DNA of 63,822 bases, counting the filler, from Lama guanicoe (taxonomy: Eukaryota): NCBI GenBank assembly GCA_013239625.1. It is 168 parts of 168 records of this genome, joined end to end, with 100 filler letters (N's around TTAATTAATTAA, not from the genome) between each part and the next. Parts side by side here need not be neighbours in the genome. Positions count along the whole stretch, not along the records: positions 63,541 to 63,822 come from PNXV01052735.1; 167 more parts are not named here. One strand, 5' to 3'. The translations under genes were made by a program, and so were the position numbers. Under the pieces are notes generated by a model. That model saw only the letters and a program-made list of their open reading frames with translations, did no database searches and had not been told where the DNA came from. Positions 63,441-63,822 of the stretch are shown here, piece by piece (position 1 is the first letter of the stretch; every line of letters starts with the position of its first letter).

Positions 63441-63822
63441 NNNNNNNNNNNNNNNNNNNNNNNNNNNNNNNNNNNNNNNNNNNNTTAATTAATTAANNNN
63501 NNNNNNNNNNNNNNNNNNNNNNNNNNNNNNNNNNNNNNNNCATGGAAACAATTTAGATACACATTATCAGCAGTGAGAATCATGGTGATCAATCCAAGCT
63601 AAATCAGATACATTAACGAGCACAAAGCATGCTCATTTGTCACGCTAAGAACTTTAATTCTGATAAATATGATGTTCTTGCAAAGCACGCATTTTAAACA
63701 TTTCATATGGGGACTCACACTTGCATACACATCTATTTGTTTACCTAATTGCAAAATGACAAAAAATTATGAGTGTATCAGTGACTCATTATTTATTCCC
63801 CTACACACACACATTCAATAAA

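Larger units (their letters stand above)
281..63540. other. Artificial contig linker N44-TTAATTAATTAA-N44 (100 bp), repeated about every 380 bp; first copy 281-380, core 325-336
   Basis: An identical palindromic 12-mer, with TAA in all six frames, sits between exact 44-N runs and separates sequence-unrelated 276-282 bp pieces. Confidence 0.99.

Noticed and set aside
1089..63496. Many ORFs ending in X...LIN or X...N
   Set aside because: Artefacts of translating through the N runs and linker, which inflates their lengths
63284..63496. Poly-His ORF
   Set aside because: Translation of a (CAC)n microsatellite
281..63540. CRISPR-like or cassette-array appearance (constant palindrome with equal-length unique spacers)
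   Set aside because: The repeat is embedded in fixed N runs and is a six-frame-stop assembly linker; the spacers are mammalian contigs; there are no cas or integrase genes

Overview
This window is not contiguous genome. It is an assembly bin of roughly 168 unrelated ~276-282 bp contigs, sorted by length (280 bp, then 281 bp from ~26591, then 282 bp from ~63159). They are joined by an artificial 100-bp linker, N44-TTAATTAATTAA-N44, which puts stop codons in all six frames. The DNA is mammalian, most likely camelid: it has tRNA-derived Vic-1-like SINEs, artiodactyl-type L1 3' ends, and no recognisable Alu or BovB/Bov-tA. Most recognisable content is interspersed repeat (L1, MIR, L2, MaLR/ERV LTRs). 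Gene fragments I can support are three olfactory receptor pieces (OR6C-like; OR5AK-like with a deletion; one frameshifted), an IGLV2-like 3' end with a defective 23-RSS, a CR1-like CCP exon, a 27-bp butyrophilin-type exon, an ANKRD26-like last exon, a C2orf81/DUF4639-like exon, an RPSA processed pseudogene and an ERV env-PPT-LTR junction. Family calls come from remembered similarity, not from database searches. Because adjacency between contigs is artificial, no multi-gene 'system' can be inferred, and I found no credible novel biological system.
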